Source: Colwellia polaris
GTDB lineage: Archaea; Nanohalarchaeota; Nanosalinia; Nanosalinales; Nanosalinaceae
DNA: 64,000 nucleotides
Assembly (NCBI GenBank): GCA_047617785.1
Contig: JBLGBK010000003.1
Coordinates: 1-64,000, forward strand
Direction of reading: 5' to 3'
Part shown: positions 46,561 to 57,121 of the stretch, piece after piece
How positions within the stretch are numbered: the first letter of the stretch is position 1
Layout of the letters: every line of letters begins with the position of its first letter
Program-made: the position numbers and the translations under genes
Notes under the pieces: generated by a model
Told to the model about the DNA's origin: nothing
What the model saw: only the letters and a program-made list of their open reading frames with translations
The model's database searches: none

Positions 46561-47865
46561 ATGTACTCCGATCAAATCCAGCAACTTCTCGACGAAAAAG
46601 ATATCGAAACCGGAGACCGGATAAAAGTAAATAAGCGTGAAGGCGTACTGATGCCGAAACCGGAGACTGGCGATGAAAGTATAATTAATCTCAAGCTGGA
46701 AAGCGGGTACAATATAGGTCTTAAACCAGAAAACATCGAACTAGTTGAGAAGAAATATGTAGAGGACAGCGAACTAGAGGAGAAAATTACATACAGCGAT
46801 GATAAGAAGGATATCTTACTTCTTCATACAGGAGGTACAATTGCATCAAGAGTTTCCTATGAAACTGGTGGCGTAAAGGCCTCTTTTGAGCAGGAAGATA
46901 TGGTACAGATGTACCCCGAGGTTGTAGAGGAAGCCAACATTCACTCAGAAGTGTATGTAGGGAAGATAATGTCTGAAGACATGGAGCCAGGTCACTGGCA
47001 GGGACTAGCCCAAAAAATAGATGAGGTTAAAGATGAATACGATGGAATAATAATCGGTCATGGTACCGATACTCTCGGCAGCACGGCAGCAGCTCTGAAC
47101 CTGATGATGAAAGGACTGGATACTGGCGTCCTTATTGTAGGTTCACAGAGATCTTCTGACCGGCCAAGTACTGACGCAAGAATGAATATTTTCTGCGCCA
47201 CCAAATTCCTCTCCGAAACTGATTTCACAGGCATAGGTGTCTGTATGCACAAGAACACGAGCGACGACATGTGCTCGATTCTTCCCGGAGGAAAAGCAAG
47301 AAAAATGCACACCTCAAGAAGAGATGCTTTTGAGGCGATAAATTCTGAAGAACTAGCTACTGTAGACTACCAGACAGGAGAAATAAACTATGAGGAAACT
47401 GAAGAGAAGAGCAAATACGAACTAAGAACGGACTTAAATGAAAATGTAGGTTTCCTTAAAGTGAGGCCTGGATTTGATCCAGAAGAACTACAGTTCTACA
47501 TAGATCAAGACTATGACGGTGTAATTATTGAAGGCACAGGTTTAGGCCATATGCCGATCAGTGCATTCGATGATAAAACTCAGCATCATAAAGAGATACA
47601 AGAGAAACTAGAGGAGCTAACGGATAAGGCCCTGGTTATCATGAGTTCCAACTGCATCCATGGCCGAGTAAATATGGATGTATACGACAACCAGGTAAAG
47701 GTTAAGAAGAGAGGAGTATTTGAATCAGAAGACATGCATCCGGAACTAGCCTACGTCAAACTTATGTGGTCTCTAGGCCAGGCCGAGGATAGCGAGGAAG
47801 CACTAGAAATTTTCCAGAACAACGTAAACGGAGAAATAAATGAAAGGACTCCCTACGTAGAATAA
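46561..47865 (+). CDS. gatD: Glu-tRNA(Gln) amidotransferase subunit D
   Basis: KLESGYNIG, HTGGTIASRV, HGTDT, GSQRSSDRPSTD, RKMHTSRRDAF and GTGLGH. Confidence 0.97.
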   Translation: MYSDQIQQLLDEKDIETGDRIKVNKREGVLMPKPETGDESIINLKLESGYNIGLKPENIELVEKKYVEDSELEEKITYSDDKKDILLLHTGGTIASRVSYETGGVKASFEQEDMVQMYPEVVEEANIHSEVYVGKIMSEDMEPGHWQGLAQKIDEVKDEYDGIIIGHGTDTLGSTAAALNLMMKGLDTGVLIVGSQRSSDRPSTDARMNIFCATKFLSETDFTGIGVCMHKNTSDDMCSILPGGKARKMHTSRRDAFEAINSEELATVDYQTGEINYEETEEKSKYELRTDLNENVGFLKVRPGFDPEELQFYIDQDYDGVIIEGTGLGHMPISAFDDKTQHHKEIQEKLEELTDKALVIMSSNCIHGRVNMDVYDNQVKVKKRGVFESEDMHPELAYVKLMWSLGQAEDSEEALEIFQNNVNGEINERTPYVE

Positions 47866-47878
47866 CAGGGTTTAAACG

Positions 47879-48118
47879 ATGGATAAAGACGAATTTGATG
47901 CAAAAGCAGAGAAGTTTCTAGACGATGGAAACCAGGAAAGAGTTAGAGATATTCTCAGAGAGTACGCTATGTGTATAGCATTCGAAGAGGACAAAGAGCT
48001 TGATAACCCTACACATCTTCTTGACTCGGTTGTTGATATTTCTACAGTGAACGACTTCACAGAATACCGTGTTGCAAAATCGCTTATACGCAACGAAATC
48101 AAAAGAGGATCAATATGA
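47879..48118 (+). CDS. Small hypothetical protein
   Basis: 79-aa acidic ORF with ATGA overlap into the next gene. Confidence 0.6.
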   Translation: MDKDEFDAKAEKFLDDGNQERVRDILREYAMCIAFEEDKELDNPTHLLDSVVDISTVNDFTEYRVAKSLIRNEIKRGSI

Positions 48119-48663
48119 CGCAGCTTTACGGTGTTGCTGGCCTGCCTCTATCAGGTAAAACCACTGTAGCCGGCAAGATGCAGCAAAATGGCTTCAAAAA
48201 AGTCGACATGGGTGATGTCGTAAGAGAAGAAATGGATAAAAGAGGAGTTCCAGCTGAGGAAACAGGAGATTTCGTCTCCGCTCTAAGAAAACAGAATGGT
48301 ATGGCTGCTATAGCAGAACTTACGCTTCCATATGTTGAAGAAGTATTACAGGAAAACGAAAAAGTGGTTATCAGCGGTATGCGAAGCTGGATGGAAAAAG
48401 AATGCTTTGAAAAGAATCTTAGCGAGCAATTAAATATAATTGCAGTATGGGCATCTCGAGAAACACGTTTTGAAAGACAGGAAGGTCGTGGAAGAGAAGA
48501 AGATCAGGTAGTAAAGCTTGAGGAAAGAGATGAACGTGAGATTGAGCACGGTGCTGCCAAATTAATTACTTTAGCAGATTATCTTCTCGTTAACGAGTTT
48601 GATAGTCTAGAAGGTTTTGAGCAGGAAGTAGAAAATGCTTTACAAGAATTGGAGGTAAAATAA
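48115..48663 (+). CDS. UPF0200 / dephospho-CoA-kinase-like P-loop nucleotide kinase
   Basis: GLPLSGKT, MGDVVREE, GMRS.E, RFER..RGREED and RDERE. Confidence 0.85.
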   Translation: MTQLYGVAGLPLSGKTTVAGKMQQNGFKKVDMGDVVREEMDKRGVPAEETGDFVSALRKQNGMAAIAELTLPYVEEVLQENEKVVISGMRSWMEKECFEKNLSEQLNIIAVWASRETRFERQEGRGREEDQVVKLEERDEREIEHGAAKLITLADYLLVNEFDSLEGFEQEVENALQELEVK

Positions 48664-48668
48664 GTACT

Positions 48669-50513
48669 ATGGATTACGAAAATCTCGGCTTTAAATGTGG
48701 GATCGAAATACATCAACAGCTAGCAACAGAAACCAAACTCTTCTGCAACTGTCCAGTTGACATGGAAGACGAAGAAAAGGACTTCCAGGTTAGAAGGCAG
48801 TTAAAATCGGTCGCAGGAGAAAGCGGAGAACGAGACGAAGCCGCAGAAGTTGAATCAGAAAGCTCAAACATATTTTTGTACAACTACTACGCAAGAAACA
48901 ACTGCCTGGTTGAACTAGACGAGGAACCGCCGCATAAACTCAATCAGGAAGCACTTGATACAGCATTAACCTTCGCACGAATGATAGGTGCTAATATACC
49001 AAGTGAAATTCAGATAATGCGTAAAATAGTGGTTGATGGCTCCAATACGTCAGGATTCCAGAGAACAGCGATGGTAGGGCTTGATGGCGAACTAGAAACA
49101 GAGACGGGAAAAGTAGCTATCGATGATATTGAACTTGAAGAAGAGTCAGCAGGAATTCACAGCAGAAGCGCAGAAGAATCAGTATACGACCTCAATCGAC
49201 TAGGAATACCGCTAGTCGAAGTAGGAACTGATGCATCAATCCAGAATCCAGAACACGCACGCGAAGTCGCAAAAGAACTCGGAATGCTACTACGATCAAC
49301 AGGCAAAGCACGTAGAGGAATAGGAACAATCAGACAGGACGTCAACGTATCAATAGAAGACGGTGCACGTGTCGAAATCAAAGGATTCCAGGATGTAGAG
49401 AACATCGATAACTTGATTGAATTGGAAGTAACACGTCAGAAGAACCTTGTTGAACTAGGCCAAGAACTTGAAGAAAGCGAAGTACTTGTAGACAACGTAA
49501 CACATCTTTTCGATGACTCAGATAACGAAATACTATCAACAGTACTAGGAAATAATGGGGAGGTCTACGGCTTCAAACTGCCGCAGCTTGAAGGTAAGAT
49601 GAAACAGATAATCTCGGGAGACCGATACCTAGCCAAAGAACTAGTCGACTATGGGAAAAAATATGGAATCAACGGACTAATTCACACAGACGAAGATATA
49701 GAAGGCTATGGGCTCGAAACAGAGTTTAAGGAGCTTGCAGATACCTTTAAACGAGAAGACGGGGATGTCCTCGCGATAATGGCGGGTCCAAAACAGAAGG
49801 TAAGAGCAGCCGCCAAAGCAGTTCGAGACCGAGCAGAAAAGATTTACAGAGGAGAAGTCCCTGAAGAAACACGCAACGCGGAACAGGACTTCACATCAAC
49901 GTACCTCAGACCTCTTCCGGGAAGCGCACGAATGTATCCGGAGACAGATATACAACCTGTCAAAATAACAGATGAAGAAATAGGAAAGATCGACCATAAT
50001 CTGCCCGATACGCTAGAAGAACGCAGAGAAAAGTATGCGGAAGAAATCGGTGAAGAACTGGCCATACAGATCACAAGCAGCAGGAAGCTCAACACGTTTG
50101 AAGAACTCAAAGAGAGTCACGATATGAAGAATGCTGCAAATCTTCTGGTCAACACTCTTCCACAGCTGGAAGATGACGGGGTGGCGGTTAATAGGCTTTC
50201 CACGGAAGATCTTAGCTATCTCCTGGACGCTCTTGAGAGCGATGAAATAAAGTCAGGAGAGTTAGAGAAGGCGGTAAGACTTTCAGTTGAATCTGGTCCT
50301 GAAGAAGCAGTTGAACGGATACAAGAGAACAGGGTGAGCGAAGATGAAATACGTGAAGCAGTTCAAGAAGTAATCGATGAGAAACAGGACATGATTGAAG
50401 AACAGGGCGAGCACGCGCAGGGAGCTTTGATGGGATTAGTAATGCAGAAGGTTGAGGCCGACGGCTCAACGGTTTCAAGAATTCTATCCGAAGAACTGCA
50501 AGAGCACCTGTAA
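48669..50513 (+). CDS. gatE: Glu-tRNA(Gln) amidotransferase subunit E
   Basis: GIEIHQQL, KLFC, MRKIVVDGSNTSGFQRT, RGIGTIRQDVNVSI and RPLPGSARMYPETD. Confidence 0.98.
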   Translation: MDYENLGFKCGIEIHQQLATETKLFCNCPVDMEDEEKDFQVRRQLKSVAGESGERDEAAEVESESSNIFLYNYYARNNCLVELDEEPPHKLNQEALDTALTFARMIGANIPSEIQIMRKIVVDGSNTSGFQRTAMVGLDGELETETGKVAIDDIELEEESAGIHSRSAEESVYDLNRLGIPLVEVGTDASIQNPEHAREVAKELGMLLRSTGKARRGIGTIRQDVNVSIEDGARVEIKGFQDVENIDNLIELEVTRQKNLVELGQELEESEVLVDNVTHLFDDSDNEILSTVLGNNGEVYGFKLPQLEGKMKQIISGDRYLAKELVDYGKKYGINGLIHTDEDIEGYGLETEFKELADTFKREDGDVLAIMAGPKQKVRAAAKAVRDRAEKIYRGEVPEETRNAEQDFTSTYLRPLPGSARMYPETDIQPVKITDEEIGKIDHNLPDTLEERREKYAEEIGEELAIQITSSRKLNTFEELKESHDMKNAANLLVNTLPQLEDDGVAVNRLSTEDLSYLLDALESDEIKSGELEKAVRLSVESGPEEAVERIQENRVSEDEIREAVQEVIDEKQDMIEEQGEHAQGALMGLVMQKVEADGSTVSRILSEELQEHL

Positions 50514-50609
50514 ACCGATTCAAAACCGGTTTCAGTCAATCTTTTAAATTTTAACATACTTCTATTAAAACAAGTTCTACATTCTATTCAAGAGGTGTAA
50601 AAATAAACA

Positions 50610-52286
50610 ATGCCAGGATTCGGAAACAACCCGGTTTTCATCATGTCTGAAGATGCCGAGAGGCAGCATGGTGAAGACGCACAGCAAGAAAATATCGAAG
50701 CATGCAAAACCGTAGGAAACTCAGTAAGAACTACTCTAGGTCCAAAAGGAATGGATAAAATGATGGTCGACGGAGTAGGAGACCTAGTAGTCACCAACGA
50801 CGGTGTAACAATACTAGAAGAAATGGATATTCAGCATCCAGCAGCCAAAATGATGGTAGAAGTCGCACAGACCCAGGAAGAAGAAGTCGGCGATGGAACC
50901 ACCACTGCAGTAGTTCTCGCAGGGGAACTGCTCAAACAGGCAGAAGATCTGCTGGATCAGGAAATCCATCCAACAATAATCACACAGGGATACCGACTCG
51001 CGCGAGAAAAAAGCATCCAGGTGCTTGAAGACATCTCAGAAGAAGTAGATATCAACGATACTGAAACACTGGAGAAAGTAGCCAAGACAGCAATGACAGG
51101 CAAGTCAGCAGAAAGTTCACGCGACTACCTCTCAGAAATCACAGTCAGCGCTATCAAACAGGTAGCAGAAGAGAAAAATGATAGCATCCTAATTGACAGA
51201 GACCAAATCAAGGTTGAAAAACAACAGGGAGGTACAATCGACGATACAGAACTTGTAGAAGGAGTAATTCTCGATAAGGAGAAAGTGCATAGTGGGATGC
51301 CTAACACAGTTGAAGACAGCAATATAGCGCTTCTCAACACTGCAATCGAGGTCAAGGAGACAGAAACAGATGCAGAAATCAATATCTCCGATCCAAGCCA
51401 GATGAAAAACTTCGTAGAACAGGAAGAAGAACAATTGAAGGAAATGGTTGAAAAACTGGATGATGCAGGAGTAAACGTAGTATTCTGCAAGAAAGGAATC
51501 GATGACATCGCCCAGCACTACCTCGCCAAAAGAGGGATCCTCGCATTCAGAAGAGTCAGCAGCGGCGATCTAGAAAAGCTAAGCAAGGCAACAGGGGCAA
51601 ATATCCTCACAAGCTTAGAAGATATCCAGGACTCCGATCTAGGAACAGCAGGAACAATTGAACACCGAATCGTCGGAGGAGACTCCATGACATTCGTCTA
51701 CGACTGTCCAGAAGCCAAATCCGTCTCCATCCTCATCAGAGGAGGAACAGAACACGTAATTGATGAAATTGAAAGGGCAGTAGAAGACGCAATCGGCGGA
51801 GTAAGCTCAGCTCTACAACACGGAAGAGTAGTCGGTGGAGGAGGAGCAACAGAAGTAGAACTAGCACGAGAACTTCGAGACTACGCAGACAGCGTAGGTG
51901 GAAGAGAACAGCTAGCAATCAACGCATTCGCGGACGCAATGGAAGTCATCCCACGAACACTCGCAGAAAATGCAGGTCACGACCCAATCGATACACTCGT
52001 CGACCTCAGAAACAAACATGAGAAAGGAGAAGTATGGGCAGGAATCAACGTAACAACAGGAGAAAGCGATGCCCTATTCGATCAAGGAGTAGTAGAACCA
52101 CGACAGACCAAGACACAGGCAGTACAATCCGCCAGCGAAGCAGCAGAAATGATTCTCAGAATCGACGACGTAATCTCTGCATCAGGATTTGACAGCGATG
52201 GTGGAGATTCAGGAGGACCTCCAGCTGGCGGCCCAGGCGGCGGAATGCCTGGTGGCGGCATGGGAGGAATGGGCGGCATGATGTAA
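50610..52286 (+). CDS. ths: Thermosome (group II chaperonin) subunit
   Basis: [24 protein letters not shown] and GGM-rich tail; GAGGTG RBS. Confidence 0.98.
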   Translation: MPGFGNNPVFIMSEDAERQHGEDAQQENIEACKTVGNSVRTTLGPKGMDKMMVDGVGDLVVTNDGVTILEEMDIQHPAAKMMVEVAQTQEEEVGDGTTTAVVLAGELLKQAEDLLDQEIHPTIITQGYRLAREKSIQVLEDISEEVDINDTETLEKVAKTAMTGKSAESSRDYLSEITVSAIKQVAEEKNDSILIDRDQIKVEKQQGGTIDDTELVEGVILDKEKVHSGMPNTVEDSNIALLNTAIEVKETETDAEINISDPSQMKNFVEQEEEQLKEMVEKLDDAGVNVVFCKKGIDDIAQHYLAKRGILAFRRVSSGDLEKLSKATGANILTSLEDIQDSDLGTAGTIEHRIVGGDSMTFVYDCPEAKSVSILIRGGTEHVIDEIERAVEDAIGGVSSALQHGRVVGGGGATEVELARELRDYADSVGGREQLAINAFADAMEVIPRTLAENAGHDPIDTLVDLRNKHEKGEVWAGINVTTGESDALFDQGVVEPRQTKTQAVQSASEAAEMILRIDDVISASGFDSDGGDSGGPPAGGPGGGMPGGGMGGMGGMM

Positions 52287-52401
52287 AAACCGTCTCAACA
52301 CCCTATATCTTTCTTCTATCTATATTTTTCTTTCATCTATTCTCCATTGGTTATAAATACAGGCTCCGGGAATATTGGAATACAAGAGGTTTTCTAAAAA
52401 C

Positions 52402-53169
52402 ATGTCAGACCGATCAGATAACGAGGTTGAAATAAACCACGGTAACGGCGATGATTACGAAGTTGTCCCTGTAGGACCAATCAAGAAACTGGAAAGAAGA
52501 ATTGACGAGATGGAGCAACAAAACCAACAGGGAGGCGGTGCTGCCGGAGATCGTATGGTCAGCGATATGATGGAAATAATGAAAACTAACCAGAAGATCG
52601 TCAACGACATGACTGAGTCAACACACGAACTGAAGAACTCGGTAGAAGATCTCACACACAAAATGGATGAAGTAGTAGATAACATGAACAGCTTCATGGA
52701 TCTTCTTACAGAGGCTTCTGAAGTAGATATGGAAGGAGAAGTCATGGGAGACATGGAAAGCCGAATCTCCAAAGCAATCGGCGACGAAATGCAAGACGTA
52801 GCTGAGGATATTAAACAGTCTAATCAAAAAGTCGTTGAGAATTTAGACAATATTAATGAGAGTTTGAGAAGAGCTTATGCTTCTCAGGATAGTCAAGATT
52901 TCTCGCCTCAAAATAGTAGTAACTCTAGCCCGTCGGGTTCTCCACAGAACCGGCAAAAATCTGCTAGCTCTTCATCGACTAATTCGGTTAATAGAGCTTC
53001 TCAAAGTTCGGGAAGTTCCCATCAGCGAAGTAGCAGCTCATCTATTCAGTCAACGTCAGGCAGTTCTACTCAGAGTCAAGGTTCGGGGAATGGTAACAGT
53101 GATTTAGGCAGTATAGGTAATGATTCTGACCGTATGGAAAAGTTGAAGAAGAAGTTTTCTGAAGAATGA
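52402..53169 (+). CDS. Coiled-coil hypothetical protein with Ser-rich tail, first gene of the pilus operon
   Basis: GAGGT RBS before ATG 52402; YEVVPVGPIKKLERRI then helical heptads; ATGA overlap with the first pilin. Confidence 0.75.
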   Translation: MSDRSDNEVEINHGNGDDYEVVPVGPIKKLERRIDEMEQQNQQGGGAAGDRMVSDMMEIMKTNQKIVNDMTESTHELKNSVEDLTHKMDEVVDNMNSFMDLLTEASEVDMEGEVMGDMESRISKAIGDEMQDVAEDIKQSNQKVVENLDNINESLRRAYASQDSQDFSPQNSSNSSPSGSPQNRQKSASSSSTNSVNRASQSSGSSHQRSSSSSIQSTSGSSTQSQGSGNGNSDLGSIGNDSDRMEKLKKKFSEE

Positions 53170-53660
53170 TGGATAGAAAAGGAGTTACTCCTGTAGTTGC
53201 AACAGTACTTTTGATATCTATAGGTATAGCAGCAGTAGGTACTGCCGGAGTTTTTCTCCAGGATATTGGAGATACTCTTAGAGAGAATGCTAACGATAGG
53301 ATAGCAGGTGAGAACCGGATAGAGAATTCTGATATCTCTATAGAATATGCTTTTGAAAATGCTGACGGAGATATAGCTCTTGATGTTAGAAATACAGGTT
53401 CTACTAATTTAGAAGTTAAAGAAGATGGTGACGACTTATGGAATATCTATATTGAGGGGCGTCCTCAAGGCTCGTGGGAACTATCTGATACTGCTCTTGA
53501 TAATTCGGATGATGTCGATTTATCGCCTCAAGAACAGCTCAGAATAGATACAAATGAAGACTATCCTTCTACGGGGAACTCTAAAAGGGTCCAGGTATCA
53601 GGAATTTATGAAACACAGTCATCAATAATTTGCTCCTATAATGACGATGGGAGCTGCTAG
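53166..53660 (+). CDS. Archaeal type IV pilin
   Basis: Class III signal peptide RKG|VTPVVATVLLISI; VRNTG. Confidence 0.92.
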   Translation: MMDRKGVTPVVATVLLISIGIAAVGTAGVFLQDIGDTLRENANDRIAGENRIENSDISIEYAFENADGDIALDVRNTGSTNLEVKEDGDDLWNIYIEGRPQGSWELSDTALDNSDDVDLSPQEQLRIDTNEDYPSTGNSKRVQVSGIYETQSSIICSYNDDGSC

Positions 53661-53720
53661 AGGCAGTAATGACTTAGTTATATAAACCGTTTAACACTAT
53701 GAAATTTATAGAGAGATATT

Positions 53721-54251
53721 ATGTTTGATATGAAAAATAGAAAGGGTATTACGCCCGTAATCGCGATTGTCCTACTCCTTATGGTTACAGTAGGAGCGGT
53801 CGGAGTGGTTTACACACAGTTCCAGTCACTTGTAGGTGATCCTGCAGATGAAGTGGGTAATCAGCAGCAAGTGCAGAACACAGAACTGTCAATCCGACCT
53901 TATCTCAACGACGATGATGATACCATCAACATCACGGTAGAAAATACCGGTGACGAGTCATTTGTCCTTAACGAGACAATGAGAATTACCTACGCTCCAG
54001 ATGGAGAAAACTCTGGATTCGAGTATGGTAGTGCAGACGGTATTGGAAATCTTGTTGCCGCTGGAGGAACAACGCCTCTATGTCACAACGATGACACCAC
54101 TATGGATCCTGGAGATACCGTAGACTGTAATACCGGTATTCAATATCCGGAAGCAACTTCGTCCGTAGGAATCATCATCGAGTTTAGAGGAGAGGAAAAA
54201 TCTTGGTCAGAAACCTGTGATCCAGAGAATTCTGACTCGCTGACTTGTTAA
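53721..54251 (+). CDS. Archaeal type IV pilin (candidate major pilin)
   Basis: RKG|ITPVIAIVLLLMVTVGA; VENTG; four Cys; upstream TTATATAA box and downstream T-rich tract. Confidence 0.92.
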   Translation: MFDMKNRKGITPVIAIVLLLMVTVGAVGVVYTQFQSLVGDPADEVGNQQQVQNTELSIRPYLNDDDDTINITVENTGDESFVLNETMRITYAPDGENSGFEYGSADGIGNLVAAGGTTPLCHNDDTTMDPGDTVDCNTGIQYPEATSSVGIIIEFRGEEKSWSETCDPENSDSLTC

Positions 54252-54328
54252 AAAGTCGGATCTTATCTTTCCCCTTCGATTCTTTTTCCCCTTTATTTTA
54301 TATTCGGTTAAGTGCCTACACTTACTGT

Positions 54329-54991
54329 ATGAAGGTAGGCCAGACTCAGGCTGTAACTGCAGTAATTATTACAGGGATAACTCTAAGCGCAGTATCTGCG
54401 ACATATATATGGGGTACTCCTATACTGGAGAAAAGACAAAGTCAGCAGCAGTTGGTCCAGACTGAAGACCAGGTCAGGTCTCTTTATCAATCAATTGATT
54501 CAATCAGTAATAGCGGTGAAGGTACTACAGAGACTTTAGAGTTTGATTTTTCAGAGGATGCAAATATTCGTTTAAACGAATCAGGCAATTATATTGAAGT
54601 TAGTACTTCTGCTAGTAGTTCTCCGTATGCTAAAGGTACGTGGTTCCTTTTGGAAGGTGAGAGGCTGCAAGGATTATCTATAGGCGAAGGGACTTACGCA
54701 AGACGAGGTCAAGATCAGCCAGGGGTTATAGCGTTAAGAGCTACTGGCGATAGCAATGTTCAGTTAAGTTATCGTGTTGAGTTCAGAAATATGTATACTG
54801 AAACTGCATCTGGAAATAGACTTGAACAAGTCGATCTGCAATCTGTACGAGGGGATACGGCTACTGGAGATACCGAGGTAGTTATTTCCAATGAAGGAAC
54901 TGAGATAGATAGTGGTTCAGAAGCAGTAGACACAGAAACCGGAGAGACTATAGATCGTGAAAGAACTGTTGTAACTGTAGAGTTCCGGTAA
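54329..54991 (+). CDS. Minor pilin-like protein
   Basis: MKVG|QTQAVTAVIITGI...YIWG.P; start moved to ATG 54329. Confidence 0.78.
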   Translation: MKVGQTQAVTAVIITGITLSAVSATYIWGTPILEKRQSQQQLVQTEDQVRSLYQSIDSISNSGEGTTETLEFDFSEDANIRLNESGNYIEVSTSASSSPYAKGTWFLLEGERLQGLSIGEGTYARRGQDQPGVIALRATGDSNVQLSYRVEFRNMYTETASGNRLEQVDLQSVRGDTATGDTEVVISNEGTEIDSGSEAVDTETGETIDRERTVVTVEFR

Positions 54992-55012
54992 TATCTGAAG
55001 AGGTCGAGAATT

Positions 55013-55417
55013 TTGAAAGGACAGTATTTGGCCGTAGAATATATTTTTGTCATAGGTCTAAGTTTGATACTTGTTATAGCTTCGGTAGGTTTATTTAACG
55101 CCTATCGTGAGGAGGTTGTAGAGACCTCTATTGATGGTCAAACTGATATTGTTGCCTCCAAGATGAGCGTTCAACTGTATAATTTGAAGCAGCATGAACA
55201 AGGTACTGTTGAGAAGACTATTCAGTTACCGGAATCTATGGGTGATAGAGACTATGAAATTATTCTTGCTAATCCGTCGAACTTGATAATAGATATTCAA
55301 GGAGAAGAATACTCCTATGAATTTCCTTCACTTTCTGACTATGACTTCAGCGGTGATGCCGAAGGAGGAGACATAACTTTATACAAAAACAATAACCAGA
55401 TAAGTATAGCAGGGTGA
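55013..55417 (+). CDS. Minor pilin-like protein
   Basis: TTG start after GAGGT; KG|QYLAVEYIFVIGL hydrophobic N-terminus; LPESMGDRDY. Confidence 0.78.
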   Translation: MKGQYLAVEYIFVIGLSLILVIASVGLFNAYREEVVETSIDGQTDIVASKMSVQLYNLKQHEQGTVEKTIQLPESMGDRDYEIILANPSNLIIDIQGEEYSYEFPSLSDYDFSGDAEGGDITLYKNNNQISIAG

Positions 55418-55423
55418 AAAAAT

Positions 55424-57121
55424 ATGAATATGCATGGACTAGTTGAACGTCTTAGAAGAGTAAGGCACCCAGAGTGGTATGAGGAAGAGGAAGAAGAGAA
55501 TACACATCAAGAAGGGGTAAGTCTTCCTGCACCAGGTAAGTTTTCACCGGAAATGGTCGATGAGGGAGAAGCCTCAGCTGACTTAACAGATGTTGACACC
55601 ACATATCCTCTAGTACCAGAAGATCCGGATAAAGGCGAAATAGTCTATGCTTGGGCTCATATAAAATGGGATGAGGAAGCAGGAGAAGTTATATACCATA
55701 TAATAGAACCTGAGCTTACAGAAGAGACTGAGAAAACTCTTGATAAGATAAGCCAAATTATGGAGAGAAGCTTCGATGTAACATTCAATGATATGGAGAG
55801 CCAAGAAGCAGAGGAATATCTCGAAGAGAAAATAGACATGATTGTTGATAAATATGATATCTCTATTGATGATGAGCAGCGAGAAGTAATCAGATACTAC
55901 ACTAAAAGAGACTTTGCGGGACTAGGCAAGCTACAACCGCTAATGAATGATACAGAAGTCGAAGATATATCTTGTGACGGGAGCGGCATACCGGTATATG
56001 CTTATCACCGAAATCCACGTTTTGGATCGGTTAAGACTAGTATAACCTGGGAGGATAAAGGTGAACTTGACGAGTTCGTCATGAAACTAGCACAGAGGTG
56101 TGGAAAGTCTGTCTCTGTTTCCAGTCCTTTACTTGATGGATCGCTGCCAGATGGTTCTCGTGTGCAGGCAACGTTAGCGACTGATATTGCCCGCAAAGGA
56201 TCTAACTTCACCGTTCGACGGTTTACAGAGGATCCATTAACACCTATCCATATGATGGATTATGAAACTGAAAATGCCCAGATGCTTAGCTATCTTTGGA
56301 CGCTTGTAGAACATGGAAAGTCTATACTTGTATGTGGAACTACCGGAGCAGGTAAAACTTCGCAGTTGAACTCTCTAAGTCTGTTTATCAAACCTGAAAA
56401 AAAGATTGTATCTATTGAGGATACTCCTGAGTTACGGCTTCCTCACGATCACTGGGTGCCTGAAGTCGCCCGTTCAGGATTCGGATCCTCAGCTGAAGAA
56501 GGCGGAGAGGTATCAATGGATGACCTGCTTAAGGAATCTTTACGTCAGCGACCTGAATATATTATCGTCGGAGAGGTTCGAGGAGAAGAAGCATACATAC
56601 TTTTCCAGCAGATGGCAACAGGACACACAGGACTGTCTACGATCCACGCAGATTCACTTGACATGCTTATGGACAGGCTTACAACCGATCCGATCGACCT
56701 TTCTCCATCATTGATTGAGACATTGGATATGGTTATGCTGATTAAACGTATCCGGCGTGGAGGAAGCTACATCCGACGTATTACAGGACTTCATGAGATC
56801 CGAGGCTATGATGAGCGTACAGGTATTGATGAGAATCAGGTATTTGGATGGGATCCGGGAGAGGATGAGTATATTGTGAAGAATAACTCTCTGATTCTAA
56901 AGGATATTGCTGATCAGAGCGGTATGGATTACACCGATCTCCAGGATGAACTCCGTAATCGCCAGCATGTCTTGAGTTGGATGCAAGAGGAGCAACACAA
57001 ACATTACCGAAAAGTTGGTGACATTATTTCACGTTATTATTCTAATCCTGAATCAATTCTGGAGAGAGTTGGGCAAACATTTAATTCAAATAAAGACGAA
57101 TTAGAAGTCAAGGATGCTTAG
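55424..57121 (+). CDS. Type IV pilus assembly ATPase (PilB/VirB11-like)
   Basis: EDISCDG, LPDGSRV, FTVRRF, GTTGAGKTS, SIEDTPEL, LRQRPEYIIVGEVRG and TGH..STIHA. Confidence 0.96.
   Translation: MNMHGLVERLRRVRHPEWYEEEEEENTHQEGVSLPAPGKFSPEMVDEGEASADLTDVDTTYPLVPEDPDKGEIVYAWAHIKWDEEAGEVIYHIIEPELTEETEKTLDKISQIMERSFDVTFNDMESQEAEEYLEEKIDMIVDKYDISIDDEQREVIRYYTKRDFAGLGKLQPLMNDTEVEDISCDGSGIPVYAYHRNPRFGSVKTSITWEDKGELDEFVMKLAQRCGKSVSVSSPLLDGSLPDGSRVQATLATDIARKGSNFTVRRFTEDPLTPIHMMDYETENAQMLSYLWTLVEHGKSILVCGTTGAGKTSQLNSLSLFIKPEKKIVSIEDTPELRLPHDHWVPEVARSGFGSSAEEGGEVSMDDLLKESLRQRPEYIIVGEVRGEEAYILFQQMATGHTGLSTIHADSLDMLMDRLTTDPIDLSPSLIETLDMVMLIKRIRRGGSYIRRITGLHEIRGYDERTGIDENQVFGWDPGEDEYIVKNNSLILKDIADQSGMDYTDLQDELRNRQHVLSWMQEEQHKHYRKVGDIISRYYSNPESILERVGQTFNSNKDELEVKDA

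Noticed and set aside
52195-52286. GGC/GGA/ATG-rich repeat-like stretch
   Set aside because: Encodes the normal Gly-Gly-Met tail of the thermosome
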